Assembly (NCBI GenBank): GCA_963729045.1
Contig: CAVSMN010000012.1
Coordinates: 192,001-256,000, forward strand
Reading direction: 5' to 3'
DNA length: 64,000 bases
DNA from: an uncultured Nitrososphaeraceae archaeon
GTDB taxonomy: Archaea > Thermoproteota > Nitrososphaeria > Nitrososphaerales > Nitrososphaeraceae
Positions 1-11,405 of the stretch are shown piece by piece (positions within the stretch are counted from its first letter, which is position 1; each line of letters begins with the position of its first letter). The position numbers were made by a program, and so were the translations under genes. The notes under the pieces were generated by a model. That model was not told the DNA's origin, made no database searches, and saw only the letters and a list, made by a program, of their open reading frames with translations.

Positions 1-2
1 TT

Positions 3-1046
3 CCTCCAGCGGTAGAAATATCAGTTAAAAGGCCAGATGGATTGGAATTTGTTATATATTACAATTCTTTGGACTCCGTGCCAAGCGTTCAAAACGATAT
101 TAGGGCTCAATTATCAAATGCCAGTAACCAACAACACGAACTGTCTCAAAGAGTTTTTTCTTCATCTAAAGAAGTAATTGATTCCTTGATGGAATATGCA
201 GATTTGTTTAACTTTTCCATAAGTGATTTGCCTGCGGAAAAAATAATATTTTCTGAAACTGATTCAAATATACCTCTCAGAGGAACATATCAGTTCATAT
301 TTACTACTTATTCTTTTGATAATGACACCATTTTAAAAGAATTAAATCTTATCATAGAAGGCAAAGTGTTTGGATTGTTAGGAACAGATGAATTTAGACG
401 AGATATAACCTTTGGAATTATGATTGGAACTCCAGTAGCACTCCTAATCGGAGTCGCAGTTGCTTCAACTGCGACAACTATTGGTCTTTTCTACGGATTA
501 ATTGCTGGATATAAAGGGGGGAAAACAGGAACGCTTATGGTAATAATAATTGATATTTTTCTTTCGATTCCAACAATGGTATTATTTATAATACTATCAC
601 TTAATTTTGGGAGTAGTTTGTTGTTTTTGATTGGACTTTTTGTTTTATTTGGCTGGCCAGGATTAGCCTTGATTAATCGAACATTCAGTGTTCAAATAAA
701 GAATTATCCCTACGTTGAAGCTTCTAAATTGATGGGTGAATCTGACTTTAAAGTCGTGTTAAGACATATTATACCCCAGTTAGTCCCATTTACCCTTGCC
801 AATTTCGCACTCGCAGTGCCCGCAGCAATATTGGCTGAAGCAGCTTTGAGTTTTTTAGGATTTGGAGATCCATCTTTTCCCACGTGGGGTCAAATGTTAC
901 AGGATGCTCACTTCTCATCCGCTGAAATTTTAGGATATTGGTGGTGGATATTAGCGCCTGGACTTATGATTTCTATCACTAGCATGGCGTTTATTCTGAT
1001 AGGAAGATCTTTGGAGTATAGGGCAAAGTTGAGCAAAAAACAGTAA
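3..1046 (+). CDS. Oligopeptide/dipeptide ABC transporter permease (DppC/OppC type), 5'-truncated by the window
   Basis: LLGTDEFRRD, YVEASKLMGES (EAA motif), ALSFLGFGDP, PTWGQML; the frame is open from the window start. Confidence 0.9.
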   Translation, partial: PPAVEISVKRPDGLEFVIYYNSLDSVPSVQNDIRAQLSNASNQQHELSQRVFSSSKEVIDSLMEYADLFNFSISDLPAEKIIFSETDSNIPLRGTYQFIFTTYSFDNDTILKELNLIIEGKVFGLLGTDEFRRDITFGIMIGTPVALLIGVAVASTATTIGLFYGLIAGYKGGKTGTLMVIIIDIFLSIPTMVLFIILSLNFGSSLLFLIGLFVLFGWPGLALINRTFSVQIKNYPYVEASKLMGESDFKVVLRHIIPQLVPFTLANFALAVPAAILAEAALSFLGFGDPSFPTWGQMLQDAHFSSAEILGYWWWILAPGLMISITSMAFILIGRSLEYRAKLSKKQ

Positions 1047-1054
1047 TCTCTATT

Positions 1055-1492
1055 CTAAATCCTTCTTTCAAGTGATACTTCCAGGCCTTGACTATCGTAT
1101 GCATGGATATCCTCCTCATCATATGGATGACATATAATAATAGAGATTAAACCGTAGAAATGATTCAGATCCTCAAGGGAAGGTCGGCTTGAACCGCTAG
1201 GATGGGAATGAGCTGTCCCAAGATACTTTAAGTCAAATGGCAATTCGTTTATTGGAAACCCGGAATAGAAGGGACCATGTACCGAGAAAGGAGGGATAAC
1301 TAAATTGTCTATAAATATCTCTGTTTTTTTTCTTTCACCCCCTAAAATGAGTATGCCCTCATAGGGATGATGCATTTTAGCATAAGAAATTAATCCGTTA
1401 ATAACATTCTGGGTGATTGCTACAATTTTCTTATTGCGTTTATTACGGTCCGGAGTTTTATTTTTTTTACCACCAAGAAACCCAAAATCCAT
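1055..1492 (-). CDS. JAMM/MPN+ (Mov34) metalloprotease
   Basis: Upstream Glu (HPYEG) plus HSHPSGSSRPSLED matching the HxH-x7-S-x2-D JAMM motif. Confidence 0.85.
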   Translation of the reverse strand: MDFGFLGGKKNKTPDRNKRNKKIVAITQNVINGLISYAKMHHPYEGILILGGERKKTEIFIDNLVIPPFSVHGPFYSGFPINELPFDLKYLGTAHSHPSGSSRPSLEDLNHFYGLISIIICHPYDEEDIHAYDSQGLEVSLERRI

Positions 1493-1655
1493 ACTAGATT
1501 TTAGAACTTACTAGCATAAAAATAATATTTGGATTTATTTAAAAATGTAACTATATGATCTTTATAGTAAAAACATTACCTGAATTTTTATGTAATTTTG
1601 AACTTGTTGATAAAATAACAAACTTTTAATATTTTTAAAAAGCATTATTTTTAGT

Positions 1656-3092
1656 TTGATTTATCAGATTTCCATCGTGCTTATTTTTTCTACCTTTATA
1701 TTTCTTGGTGGGCTCTTATCCGGTGCAAGCGCCCAAATTCTTCCACAAAACAATAATCAAAATTTAGATTCCCCCTCTATTACTGCTCCTTCATCTACTC
1801 CTTCTTTGGTTAAGAACCCTTACGGGATCAGGATTACAAATCCCACAAGTGGTGATAAGGTGCTTATCAACGGTACTGATTACTTTGATGTAACAGGTAA
1901 AAGGCTTTCCGTTGAGGGTTTTTCTACATCAAACAACGGTAATCTAACTAATTGCGATGTTTCGATAGTGACTAATAGCATTTTTCCCTATCAAAGTGCA
2001 AATGGGACTGGTCCGCTTGGTGTAAAGGACTTTTCCAAATGGAACTACAAATTCAATTCTAACTACGCAAACTTACACGATGGTTCAAATAAAATCACCT
2101 CAAAATTAGCTTGCGAAGGGGGTACTGCAAAGGCTTATTTTAGTGTTAATGTAACAGGGACAAGATTTAATGGAACGTTTCCTACATCCTCTACAAATTT
2201 GGCTTTAGCTAGCGGAAATATCACAGGAACATCTCAGAATAATTTAAGTTCTAGTGCTACCGACTCGGCTAGTGAAGATTTAGCACTTCCTGTGACTGGG
2301 ATCGAAATCAAATCTCCTTCTAATGGTGAAAGAATTAATATTGATAAACCTATAAATATTAACGGTAGTTCGGAATATCCAAACAATTACGATTGTGAAG
2401 TACTTTTAGCAGATGGTAATACTGCAGGCGTAATAGCACCAACTAGCGCTAACCAATCTAATTTTAAGAAAACAAAACCTGGAGGCATTAACGGTACGAG
2501 TGATTATAGAAGTTGGAGTATAGTGCTTGAACCTGGATTAAATAACCTCAAGAATGGCTCACAGTCATTAACTGCAAAATTGCAATGCTATTCTCCATTA
2601 TCTTCCGTGAAAATTGCCAAAGTAAATATTGTTACAAATACTTCCAAGCCGTTGGAACTCAAGTCAATGGATGTCAGTATTGACAAAACCGGACAAGGTT
2701 CAAACCAAAAAATCGTCATAGGGGTAAATGACGCTATTACAAATGATCCCTTGGCAAATAGTGCAATTACCGGTTCAATTAACGAAGATCCGTTCTCTGG
2801 CACTACAGACTCGCTAGGGAAATTCAGCGCAACTATACCGATTAGTGTTAGAGATTCTGGTGCGACCATTGACGTATCCGTTTCGGCTTCAGCTGACGGG
2901 TATAAGATTAAAAAGACCAGTACTACTTTTGAAGGGTCACCTGCGGTAACAGATGAAACAACTCCACCTACATCTGACACTGATAATCGAGATACACCTA
3001 ATAACGAAGAGGATCTTGCAGATAAAATATTCGATGATGTGCAAAAGCAACTAAGTGAGCAGGGAATTAATATTCCTCTTCCATTTGGATAG
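1656..3092 (+). CDS. Secreted Ser/Thr/Asn-rich surface protein with two repeated beta-rich (Ig-like) domains
   Basis: Hydrophobic N-terminal signal ending ASA-Q; internal repeat ITNPTSG..C..W..L.G...TSKLAC and IKSPSNG..C..W..L.G...TAKLQC; many NxS/T sequons. Confidence 0.7.
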   Translation: MIYQISIVLIFSTFIFLGGLLSGASAQILPQNNNQNLDSPSITAPSSTPSLVKNPYGIRITNPTSGDKVLINGTDYFDVTGKRLSVEGFSTSNNGNLTNCDVSIVTNSIFPYQSANGTGPLGVKDFSKWNYKFNSNYANLHDGSNKITSKLACEGGTAKAYFSVNVTGTRFNGTFPTSSTNLALASGNITGTSQNNLSSSATDSASEDLALPVTGIEIKSPSNGERINIDKPININGSSEYPNNYDCEVLLADGNTAGVIAPTSANQSNFKKTKPGGINGTSDYRSWSIVLEPGLNNLKNGSQSLTAKLQCYSPLSSVKIAKVNIVTNTSKPLELKSMDVSIDKTGQGSNQKIVIGVNDAITNDPLANSAITGSINEDPFSGTTDSLGKFSATIPISVRDSGATIDVSVSASADGYKIKKTSTTFEGSPAVTDETTPPTSDTDNRDTPNNEEDLADKIFDDVQKQLSEQGINIPLPFG

Positions 3093-3286
3093 AATGTGTA
3101 CACGTTAGTTAATTGTAAATTGCTTGGATTTGATTAACAACAACATTAACAATTCGCATAGACTATATGACTCGATAATGGTTTTTAGAATTTTTTGATC
3201 ACTATTTATTCTCCCAATTAGATTTGTTATTGAGAAATAACAAGGTTATTATTCTTTATCTTTTAAGTTATCTTGAATTTAGATTT

Positions 3287-4624
3287 ATGACTGACAATGT
3301 GTACAAATTTTTGATTCTTGAGTTAGGCATTGCTATTGTAGATGAGAAGAATCAAATCCAATCCTTTAAGAAATTTCATGACCCTGTAATATCCCACCTT
3401 AAAATTAAGAATAGGGACTATGAAGAAATTTCGGAAAGCTTGAAGTTTTTTAATGTTAAACCAGAATTACTACAAACAAATTATCCAGATTTAATAGAAT
3501 ATTTGAAAAATAACACATTTGATGCTGAAAAAATTTCTGACCTCGATGAAAAACACTTTCAGATCGATAAGTTTAGTTTATATACACAGATATATGGTTC
3601 TAATCAACAGGACCATTCAGAAATAGTGGGTAATATATCAGGTGATATAAGGGAGTTTGCTCTGAAATGGTCTTCCATAAGAGTTCAGGAAGCATCAGAG
3701 CAATTGGATTTACATATTAGTCAATCCATCAATGCATTGGATGAAATAGACAAGATATTAAATACAGTTGGAACTCGTATGAGAGAATGGTATGGGCTTC
3801 ACTTCCCTGAATTGGACAATCTACTTCAAAATATTACAACATATGCAAATATCGTATCCAAAGTTGGAAAGCGGGAAGAAATAACAGTAGAATTCCTACA
3901 AACTCTGGACATCCCGGAAAATAAAATTGAGATTATTCGAATGACAGCAAATAGAAGCAAAGGAGGCAAAATTACAGAAGAAAATCTATTAATATTGCAG
4001 AGTTTAGCCAATGAAGTCATTTCATTAGCACAAATTAGAAAGACATTAGAGGACCATATTGATATGTCCATGGAAATAATATCACCAAATTTGAAGGAAT
4101 TACTAACCGCCACAGTTGGAGCACGATTAATCGCCAAAGCAGGGAGTTTGAAAAGACTAGCTTCATTGTCATCTAGCACTATCCAGATTCTTGGGGCTGA
4201 GAAGGCGTTATTTAGAACTTTGAAAACTGGTGCTAATCCCCCAAAACACGGCTTGCTCTTTCAGCACCCTGTTATTCATTCAGCACCAAAGTGGCAGAGG
4301 GGCAAATTGGCAAGGGCCATTTCTTCAAAAGCTGCAATTGCTGCCAGAGTTGACCTTTATAGTCGGAATCCAGAATCGAGCAATACACTGGCAAGTAAGT
4401 TGAATGATCGGATAACAGAAATTCAGGAAAAGTATAAAGAACCTTCCGAAATTCAGCAGAGACATCAGCAGCAAGATTTCAAGCGAGGCGATAGGGATTC
4501 ATATACTAGAAATAAAGGAAAGAAATACGGGAGAGATAGAGATGGGGATAGAGATGGGGATAGAGATTTTAAATTCAAGAAGAATAAATTCAAAAAAAGA
4601 TTCCATAAATCAAATAAAAAGTAA
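3287..4624 (+). CDS. nop5: C/D box RNP subunit Nop5/aNOP56
   Basis: REWYGLHFPEL, STIQILGAEKALFR, PPKHGLLFQHP; directly upstream of fibrillarin; ATG at 3287 preferred over TTG at 3224. Confidence 0.95.
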   Translation: MTDNVYKFLILELGIAIVDEKNQIQSFKKFHDPVISHLKIKNRDYEEISESLKFFNVKPELLQTNYPDLIEYLKNNTFDAEKISDLDEKHFQIDKFSLYTQIYGSNQQDHSEIVGNISGDIREFALKWSSIRVQEASEQLDLHISQSINALDEIDKILNTVGTRMREWYGLHFPELDNLLQNITTYANIVSKVGKREEITVEFLQTLDIPENKIEIIRMTANRSKGGKITEENLLILQSLANEVISLAQIRKTLEDHIDMSMEIISPNLKELLTATVGARLIAKAGSLKRLASLSSSTIQILGAEKALFRTLKTGANPPKHGLLFQHPVIHSAPKWQRGKLARAISSKAAIAARVDLYSRNPESSNTLASKLNDRITEIQEKYKEPSEIQQRHQQQDFKRGDRDSYTRNKGKKYGRDRDGDRDGDRDFKFKKNKFKKRFHKSNKK

Positions 4625-4655
4625 TGGATCATGTTTACAATAGAAGGCGTGTTAG

Positions 4656-5357
4656 ATGAATCAATTATCTTTGTATAAATCATACGACAATGGGTCTTTT
4701 GTTATTTTGGTAGACCAAGCAAAAGAGAAATATTTGGCAACCCAAAATCTAGACGCAGGAAAAAGCGTTTATGGAGAAAAAATAATAAAAATTGACGATC
4801 TTGAATATAGAATTTGGGAACCTTATAGAAGTAAATTAGCCGGAGCCATATTAAAGAATCTTAAGGAAAATCCAATTAAGGAATCTTCTTCGGTCCTCTA
4901 TTTGGGAGCCTCAACCGGTACGACCGTAAGTCATGTATCAGATATAGTGGGAAATAAAGGATTGGTATTTGCTGTCGAACCATCCGTTCGTGTTGCAAGG
5001 GAATTTTTGGAAAATGTTGCCTCAAGAAGAAAAAATATTATTCCTATTTTAATGGATGCAAGAAGATTTTTACATTATTATTCGTACTATGGATTGGTGA
5101 ATGTGGTGTACTCAGATATTGCACAACCAGATCAGACTGATATTGCAATCAATAATTGCAAATGTTACCTAAAACCAGGAGGCGATTTGATAATAGTCAT
5201 CAAGACGCGAAGTATTGACGTATTGACTGATCCTAAGTTGGTAACTCAAAACGAAGCTAAGAAACTTGAGAATAATCAATTCCAGATTTTGCAGATTATT
5301 AATTTAGAGCCTTTTGATAAGGATCATTCATTAATTCATGCCAAATATTTAGGTTAG
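4656..5357 (+). CDS. flpA: Fibrillarin-like rRNA/tRNA 2'-O-methyltransferase
   Basis: YRIWEPYRSKLAG, VLYLGASTGTTVSHVSDIVG, DIAQPDQ, LEPFDKDH. Confidence 0.97.
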   Translation: MNQLSLYKSYDNGSFVILVDQAKEKYLATQNLDAGKSVYGEKIIKIDDLEYRIWEPYRSKLAGAILKNLKENPIKESSSVLYLGASTGTTVSHVSDIVGNKGLVFAVEPSVRVAREFLENVASRRKNIIPILMDARRFLHYYSYYGLVNVVYSDIAQPDQTDIAINNCKCYLKPGGDLIIVIKTRSIDVLTDPKLVTQNEAKKLENNQFQILQIINLEPFDKDHSLIHAKYLG

Positions 5358-6032
5358 GTGCTCTGATAGTTGAAACTTTTTATTGGAAAAGCTTTGTTTG
5401 AGCACATTCATTTATTAAGTTCTTGACAGGACTCCACGAGAATCTAATGTATTTTTTATTTTCGTTATCAAAAAGATGATTTTTCAGGAATAATTTTGTT
5501 GATGGATCAGAGGGATATCCTGAGCCTATTTTTTTACATAAGATCTCCTCTATTTTCTTAATCTCTCTATCCCTAGTTACCTTGGCAATTATAGATGCTG
5601 CAGAGACTATTAAATTGTCTGTGTCAGCCTTGTGAAAACAATATATCTTGACTGACTTGTTTACAAGTTTTTTAATATCGACTGTTTGAACCGATCAGGC
5701 CTTACATCACATGCATCAATAATAATCTTGTCTGCGTTAATATTGTCTGCGATGATCGTCATAAATCTTGATTCTAGAACATTCAACTTTTTATGGTTCA
5801 CGTAATTGTCAATTGTTATAGGATTAATCCTGCATACGAAAACAGAAACAGCTGATTGCAAAATTTTAAAATACAATGTTTCCCTTTTTTGGTACCGTAA
5901 GTTTTTTAGAATCTGTAATGCCCTCGATTCCTAAGTACTTTCTATTCCTGTTGGATCGAACGAGATACCTGCGATTACTAGCGGACCAATCACAGAACCT
6001 CGTCCGGCTTCATCAATTCCCCCTAACAGCAA
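5354..6032 (-). CDS. rnhB: Ribonuclease HII, split by several single-base indels
   Basis: Minus strand reads LLGGIDEAGRGSVIGPLVIAG, then in other frames GITDSKKL, IIIDACDV, HKADTDNLIVSAASIIAKVTRD, GSGYPSDPST. Confidence 0.88.
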
Positions 6033-6299
6033 TCTTATCTATTCTTGTTGAATTCACTTATCCTATATTAATGAAATACTCTGATTACTTGGATGAATTG
6101 AGCGAATCCCCTCGTTAAGATAAATCATGACCATAGATTATCTACTGAATTATAACCATCATATTACTAGAATGTCAAAATAATTCAGATTTTATTATCC
6201 CTGTCTTGTAATCTACTGGTGTTAAATTAGATTCTAAACCTTTGGTTTTATAGTTTACAGATAAAAGGAATCTCTTGAACTCATTTAAAGGCACCATAG

Positions 6300-7208
6300 T
6301 TGGAACATCGTGGTTAATCTGAAGAATAGATTTGGATATGGAGTTACTAACAGATCGCGTTTCTAGACCGTCTCTATATTACGGTACATAAAAATTAAGA
6401 CCAATCGTGACAAGCGTGGCATCAGAGATGATAGGAGATTATTATATCAGTTCAAACAGAAAATCCTTAGGGCTAGAAACGAAGGGGAATAAAGGATTTT
6501 CAAATTAGGATCTCTGCTCATGGTATTATTGGGACATTTGCCAATGTAAGAAAATGATCGTCGGGACTGGCAAGCGTTATTTTTTAATGATCATCGCGGT
6601 GTCAGCCTAAATGAGGGACGACAAATTAAACCGAAAGAACCGGTGACAAGATTCAGGAGATCACATATAGTTAAGACTTTAATCACCCAAATGGTAAATG
6701 AAATGAAACGATAGGATATGAAAGAATCAATGCAATCCGGGGTGCAGCGTAAACAGATACACCCCGCTAACCCGGATCGAGCATGGTTTCGGGAAGTAGA
6801 AATTTCAAGGACAATGACCTTTGATTACTATGAGAATTTTGGTGCTCCTGAAAACTCAAGAACATAAACTATGACGGTGGAGGTAGAAAAACTATTTTTT
6901 AGCTAGGACCGTTCCTAGCAAATGTGATCTTCCCCGTGTAGATAGAAAAGGTTGGTGGAGAAATAAGAGAAGTCCGTTTATCGTTGAATTGGCTATTTGA
7001 TACATCAATACTCCATGGATTTAAGATATGACTTTTCGAAAGAACTTCTGAGGAAACGATGGACTTAGATGGAGAAACAGAAGGTGAGTTAGATGTGCTC
7101 GCCAGACTAATCATCCATTCCCCTAAATCAAAGCAACAAAGAGAGATGAAAACGATCCTGAGGACTCTTGAACTAAAACTAAAAATTAGCAACAGAAAAA
7201 GACCGTAG
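6300..7208 (+). pseudogene. Degenerate coding-like region of unknown origin
   Basis: More GC-rich than local intergenic DNA; long + strand frames broken by isolated stops, ending MDLDGETEGELDVLARLIIHSPKSKQQREMKTILRTLELKLKISNRKRP*. Confidence 0.35.
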
Positions 7209-7404
7209 ATGAAAATTTTTATGTTTTGTGAGCGAGATATTGTTTTAAATAAACAATAATGATTTGACATGAGATAGGAGGGATGCGAATGGAAGATGAT
7301 GGGGTCTCTGTAGATTCGGGTTAAATGGTAATTATACGAATTTAATAGCTGGTTCAATATTATTTTACTCACAAAATCTAAGATTGAGATTGAATAAATA
7401 AGGG

Positions 7405-8665
7405 ATGAACATTCCTTTATTATTTGGAAAAGAAAGGTACTACGTATGATTGGTCAGAGATCAAAGAAGGGGAGGTCACACTTTTGGTCCCATCGCAGGC
7501 CCTAGCCCAAAGGAGCCTCCTAAATATCCTGCTTTCTTCAACACTGCTGCAAAATTTAACAGAGATGTTTCTATTTTAATATACCGGAATTATATTGATC
7601 AGTCAAGGAAGAATATTTCCTTTGTTGATTCCATGTGTGGGTTGGGAGCAAGAGGAGTAAGAGTCGGGAAAGAAATTCCACAGATCCAGAAAGTGGTTTT
7701 TAATGATTTTAATATGTTATCAGCTCAAACTGCGAAGGTTAATACTATTATCAACAACATATACCACAAGTCTAATTTTTGTACATCCGAGATCTGTAGT
7801 TTCTTATCCACTAATGCTAATTTTGATAATCGCGCGACGATAATTGATTTGGATCCTTTCGGAACACCTGCACCTTTTTTGGACTGTATCTTGCGCGCGG
7901 TTGAAAATGACGGTATGATTTCAATTACAGCAACAGATACCGCGGTGCTGCAGGGTGTTTATCCAAGGGTTTGTTATAGAAAATATTATGGAATTCCTTT
8001 GAGAACCAGTTATTCTCTGGAAAGTAGGTACAAGATTGTTACTATCTTGTACTGCCCTTAGTTGCTTCAAGACTATGATCTGTACATTCATCCGATATTT
8101 GCACATTCATACAGAAACTATATTCGAATTTACTGTAAAGTATCAAAAAGCAATTATTTGGCGAATAAAATATCCGACAAATTAGGATATGTTCTTCATT
8201 GTTTCGAATGTGGATACAGAGGATTGATGAAAAAAAATCCTTCTGAGATTGAATGCCCCTTATGTCAGAAAAAGATGAGATTAGGTGGTCCATTATGGAT
8301 ATCTCACATATTTAATAAAAATCTGATTTTCAAAATACTGGCTGAAAACCTTGAAACGGAAGCAAGAATGATACAAAAATCAAATATTGTAAAACAAAAT
8401 AAGAATCCTATCAAGAGGTTTTTCGAGATTGCATTAAGAGAATTAGATCATATTCCATTTCATTACAATAGTGACGAGTTTGGGAAATTTATGAAGAATA
8501 AGTACTCATCCCCTCCCTAAAATTATTGATAAATTAATCTTGGATGGCTATGACGCCAGCCCGACCCTTTTTTCATCAACGGGGTTTAAGACGGAAGCGT
8601 GTCTTCGAGAAATAAAGTCCAGTCTTTCTAATCTTTATATAATTGCCTTTTTTAGTTTTCGATGA
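7405..8665 (+). CDS. trm1: tRNA (guanine-26,N2)-dimethyltransferase Trm1, frameshifted
   Basis: PAFFN..RDVS, DSMCGLGARGVR, IDLDPFGTPAPFLD, ITATD, CFECG..CPLC..GGPLW, C-terminal TGFKTEA; spread over several frames; start approximate. Confidence 0.9.
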
Positions 8666-8721
8666 CAACGAAATGACGCTTAAAATACCAATATTCTCTA
8701 TTCAAGTATTTGTTCGAATGT

Positions 8722-9835
8722 TTATGCACCAACCAATGTAATTTCCGAATTTGGAATTATGATGGATTTAGAATATTTACCATTCCTCTCAATTACTAAC
8801 CCTAATCCATCCTGTATCCTTTGCAGCGATTTCAATCCCAATTTGTTGGAATATATTCGAGGAAGACTTGAAATTAAAAAAATCTCATATTTTTCACTTA
8901 ACATATTTAAAAAATTAATGTGCTCCAAATCTTTTGAATATTGATATTTGTTCAGTCCATCTAAATCCAATCTGTTTTCAATTAGTTTAAGCAATGTCCC
9001 ATTACCTACTCCACCTCTATTTTCCGATAATAATATTATTATACCATGGTCGCTTACTACGTGGTAATTATTCCATAAGAGGTTTAAACTATTTCCAAGC
9101 GTAGTTTGGCAGGAATAGTTAGTGTTACCTGAAATGAATGCTGACTTTGAAGATTCAGCGGTTGGTTGTGTTATTCCCTTAAATCTTTGAATGGCTTCGT
9201 TGAATGAAGATGGAATGTCTCCGATGAAAATCGAGTCAATTCCTTCGTTATTAGAAATTACATGTATGGACTGCGAATTAATTTTAGATGTAACTTCGAT
9301 CGCCAACTTAAGAGGCTCACTGTACTTACCAGGTTGAGGTAACGAGTTAACTATGAATGAGTACACTTGGTTCATTTCATCTGGATAGCATTCCCTTAGT
9401 AATCTGACCGGGGATCCAGTATAACCAAATACCGGATCATATTCAATCCTATCTATCAAGATGGTGTTATTAAATTTGTTTACTTTCTCCAATACTTCCT
9501 CGCTGGCTAGTCTAACGAGGCTAATGCCAATCTCATTAATCTGTTGTTTTAGTCTTTGAGGAATAGACTTTGAAAGTATACAGTACCTCTATATTTTGAA
9601 TCTTCAATTCTTTGGACATGTTTTGGATAAATGATAATATTGGTAGCATAAAGAAAAATGGACTTGTAATCAGAATCAGAGTTGATTCTTGAATCACTAT
9701 CTTGTTTTGTATTTCAATTTCTAGTTTCTCCAAATCTAACTTATTCATCGTGGGTCTCGGTATTTGGGATATATTTTCATACTTGATATCCAATATAATT
9801 TCTGAATCACCATATCCTAACCATATTTCCGGCAT
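8722..9835 (-). CDS. Conserved protein with a lactate racemase (LarA/DUF2088)-like fold, frameshifted near 9540
   Basis: N-terminus MPEIWLGYGDSEI.L.I; DPVFGYTG; HGIIILLSE..GG.G; two adjacent ORFs in different frames. Confidence 0.55.
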
Positions 9836-9893
9836 ATTAGATTATTTAAGAATGAGTAACATATAAAATCAAAGATTATCTAATTAGGAGAAG

Positions 9894-10517
9894 TTGAAGG
9901 AAAATGATAAATTACACTGAGAGGAAGATCTCATACTCTTTTTATTCGATAAAAATGCCATTAAGATCGGAAATTTTACACTATCGAGTGGCAGGAAGAG
10001 CCGGTTCTATTTGGATTTGCGAATTCTGCAGAGTTATCCATTGTATTTCAGAAAGACCATATCCTTACTGAAAAACCTTGTTCATTCGCAAATTGGCCTT
10101 GAAAATTTTGATTATATTTGCTCTATACCAACTTCAGGGACCATTTTTGGTTCAGCTCTTTCTTACGAACTCTTTAAACCTCATATATACGTCAGGAAGG
10201 ATCTAAAGAACTATGGTACGCAGAAAAAAATAGAAGGAACTTTAGAACCGAATTCAAAAATATTATTTGTGGATGATGTAATTACTACTGGACATTCAGT
10301 ATTATCGGGAATAGAATCGTTGTCCAATCATTCAGTTATAAGCGGAGTAGTTGTGCTGGTCGATAGACAGCAAGGGTCTCAAGATATGTTTGATCAGTTC
10401 GCATTAAAGGTAAAAAGCGCAATTCCAGTCCTTCGGATTATCAAAATCTTAAATGACAACGCTAGGATTGATATGAAGGAATATCATGCAATAAAAGAAG
10501 AAATATTAGGATTTTAG
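9894..10517 (+). CDS. pyrE: Orotate phosphoribosyltransferase (disrupted near the N-terminus)
   Basis: AIKIGNFTLSSGRKSRFYLDLR in frame upstream of 10011; PRPP motif LFVDDVITTGHS; YVRKDLKNYGT; VDRQQG. Confidence 0.92.
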
Positions 10518-11076
10518 CTTTCATAAATCATTAAATTCTTTTCTTCCAAAAGATATGTAAATTGGTTACGGCCCTGTATACTTCAGTTTCTTTTTTAGCA
10601 CCGGTGCAAACAAGCTTACCACTAGCAAATAATAAAATTACTGTTTTTGGGTCGAACATTCTGTGAATTAATCCTGGAAATTGTTCTGGCTCGTACATAC
10701 TTCTTGGCAATATTCTGGCTGCTAATTCTAAATGGATTTTTCCTCCCAAGCTTGCTGAAGCAACAATATTCTGAATTTCAATGATTGGATCATTTTCTAC
10801 AGGAATTCCGCCTTTTCTTAACTTTTGAACCACACTTCTTACTGCTTTGATAGCTTGTTCTTCTGATTTTGCTCCCGTACATACCATCTTCCCTGAACTA
10901 AAAATTAGGGTAGCAGTTTTGGGGGCTTTTAATCTAAATACTAATCCTGGAAATTGATCTGGATGATATTCTACATCGGGAAATATTTGTGTAATCAAGT
11001 TTAAATTTATAGTTTGATTGACCGTTGCAGATGCCACAACGTTTTCTATACTTACCATTGGCTTTGTTTGAGGCAT
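10514..11076 (-). CDS. tbp: TATA-box binding protein
   Basis: Two TBP repeats (IENVVASA..YHPDQFPGLVFR..LIFSSGKMVCTGAKS and IQNIVASA..YEPEQFPGL..LLFASGKLVCTGAK); one added base in the T run restores a C-terminus ending LEEKNLMIYES* at 10514. Confidence 0.97.
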
Positions 11077-11405
11077 TATTCGTTCCTTGGGGGTATATAA
11101 ATACTCGATATAAATATACCTTTATGTGATATTGTCAAATTTGATCAATACCTATCTTTTTATTTTCTTGTAATCAATTATTTCAATATTTTTATAAATA
11201 ACTTAAAATAAAAATAAATTAATGAAATTACTAATTAATTAATTTTATTAAAATAATCATAACATGTAATTATTACATATAAATAAAGAAACTGGATTTT
11301 ATCCTCATATTATTCAAAAAGAAATCAAAACATGTATGTAGATTTAGGATGGTTAATCGAAACTTGAAAGTCCTACATTATACATTTTAAATACCCTTCT
11401 TAAAA

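Noticed and set aside
4534..4568. GATAGAGATGGG repeat in the nop5 3' end
   Set aside because: It encodes the low-complexity charged tail (DRDGDRDGDRD) expected of Nop5/Nop56 proteins.
6899..7372. 157-aa minus-strand ORF
   Set aside because: Its Ser/Phe/Ile-rich composition fits an antisense shadow of the decayed + strand frame; no motif was recognised.
9918..9920. In-frame TGA near the pyrE start as possible selenocysteine or readthrough
   Set aside because: It lies in a non-conserved N-terminal stretch, no SECIS-like element was seen, and sequence errors are frequent here.
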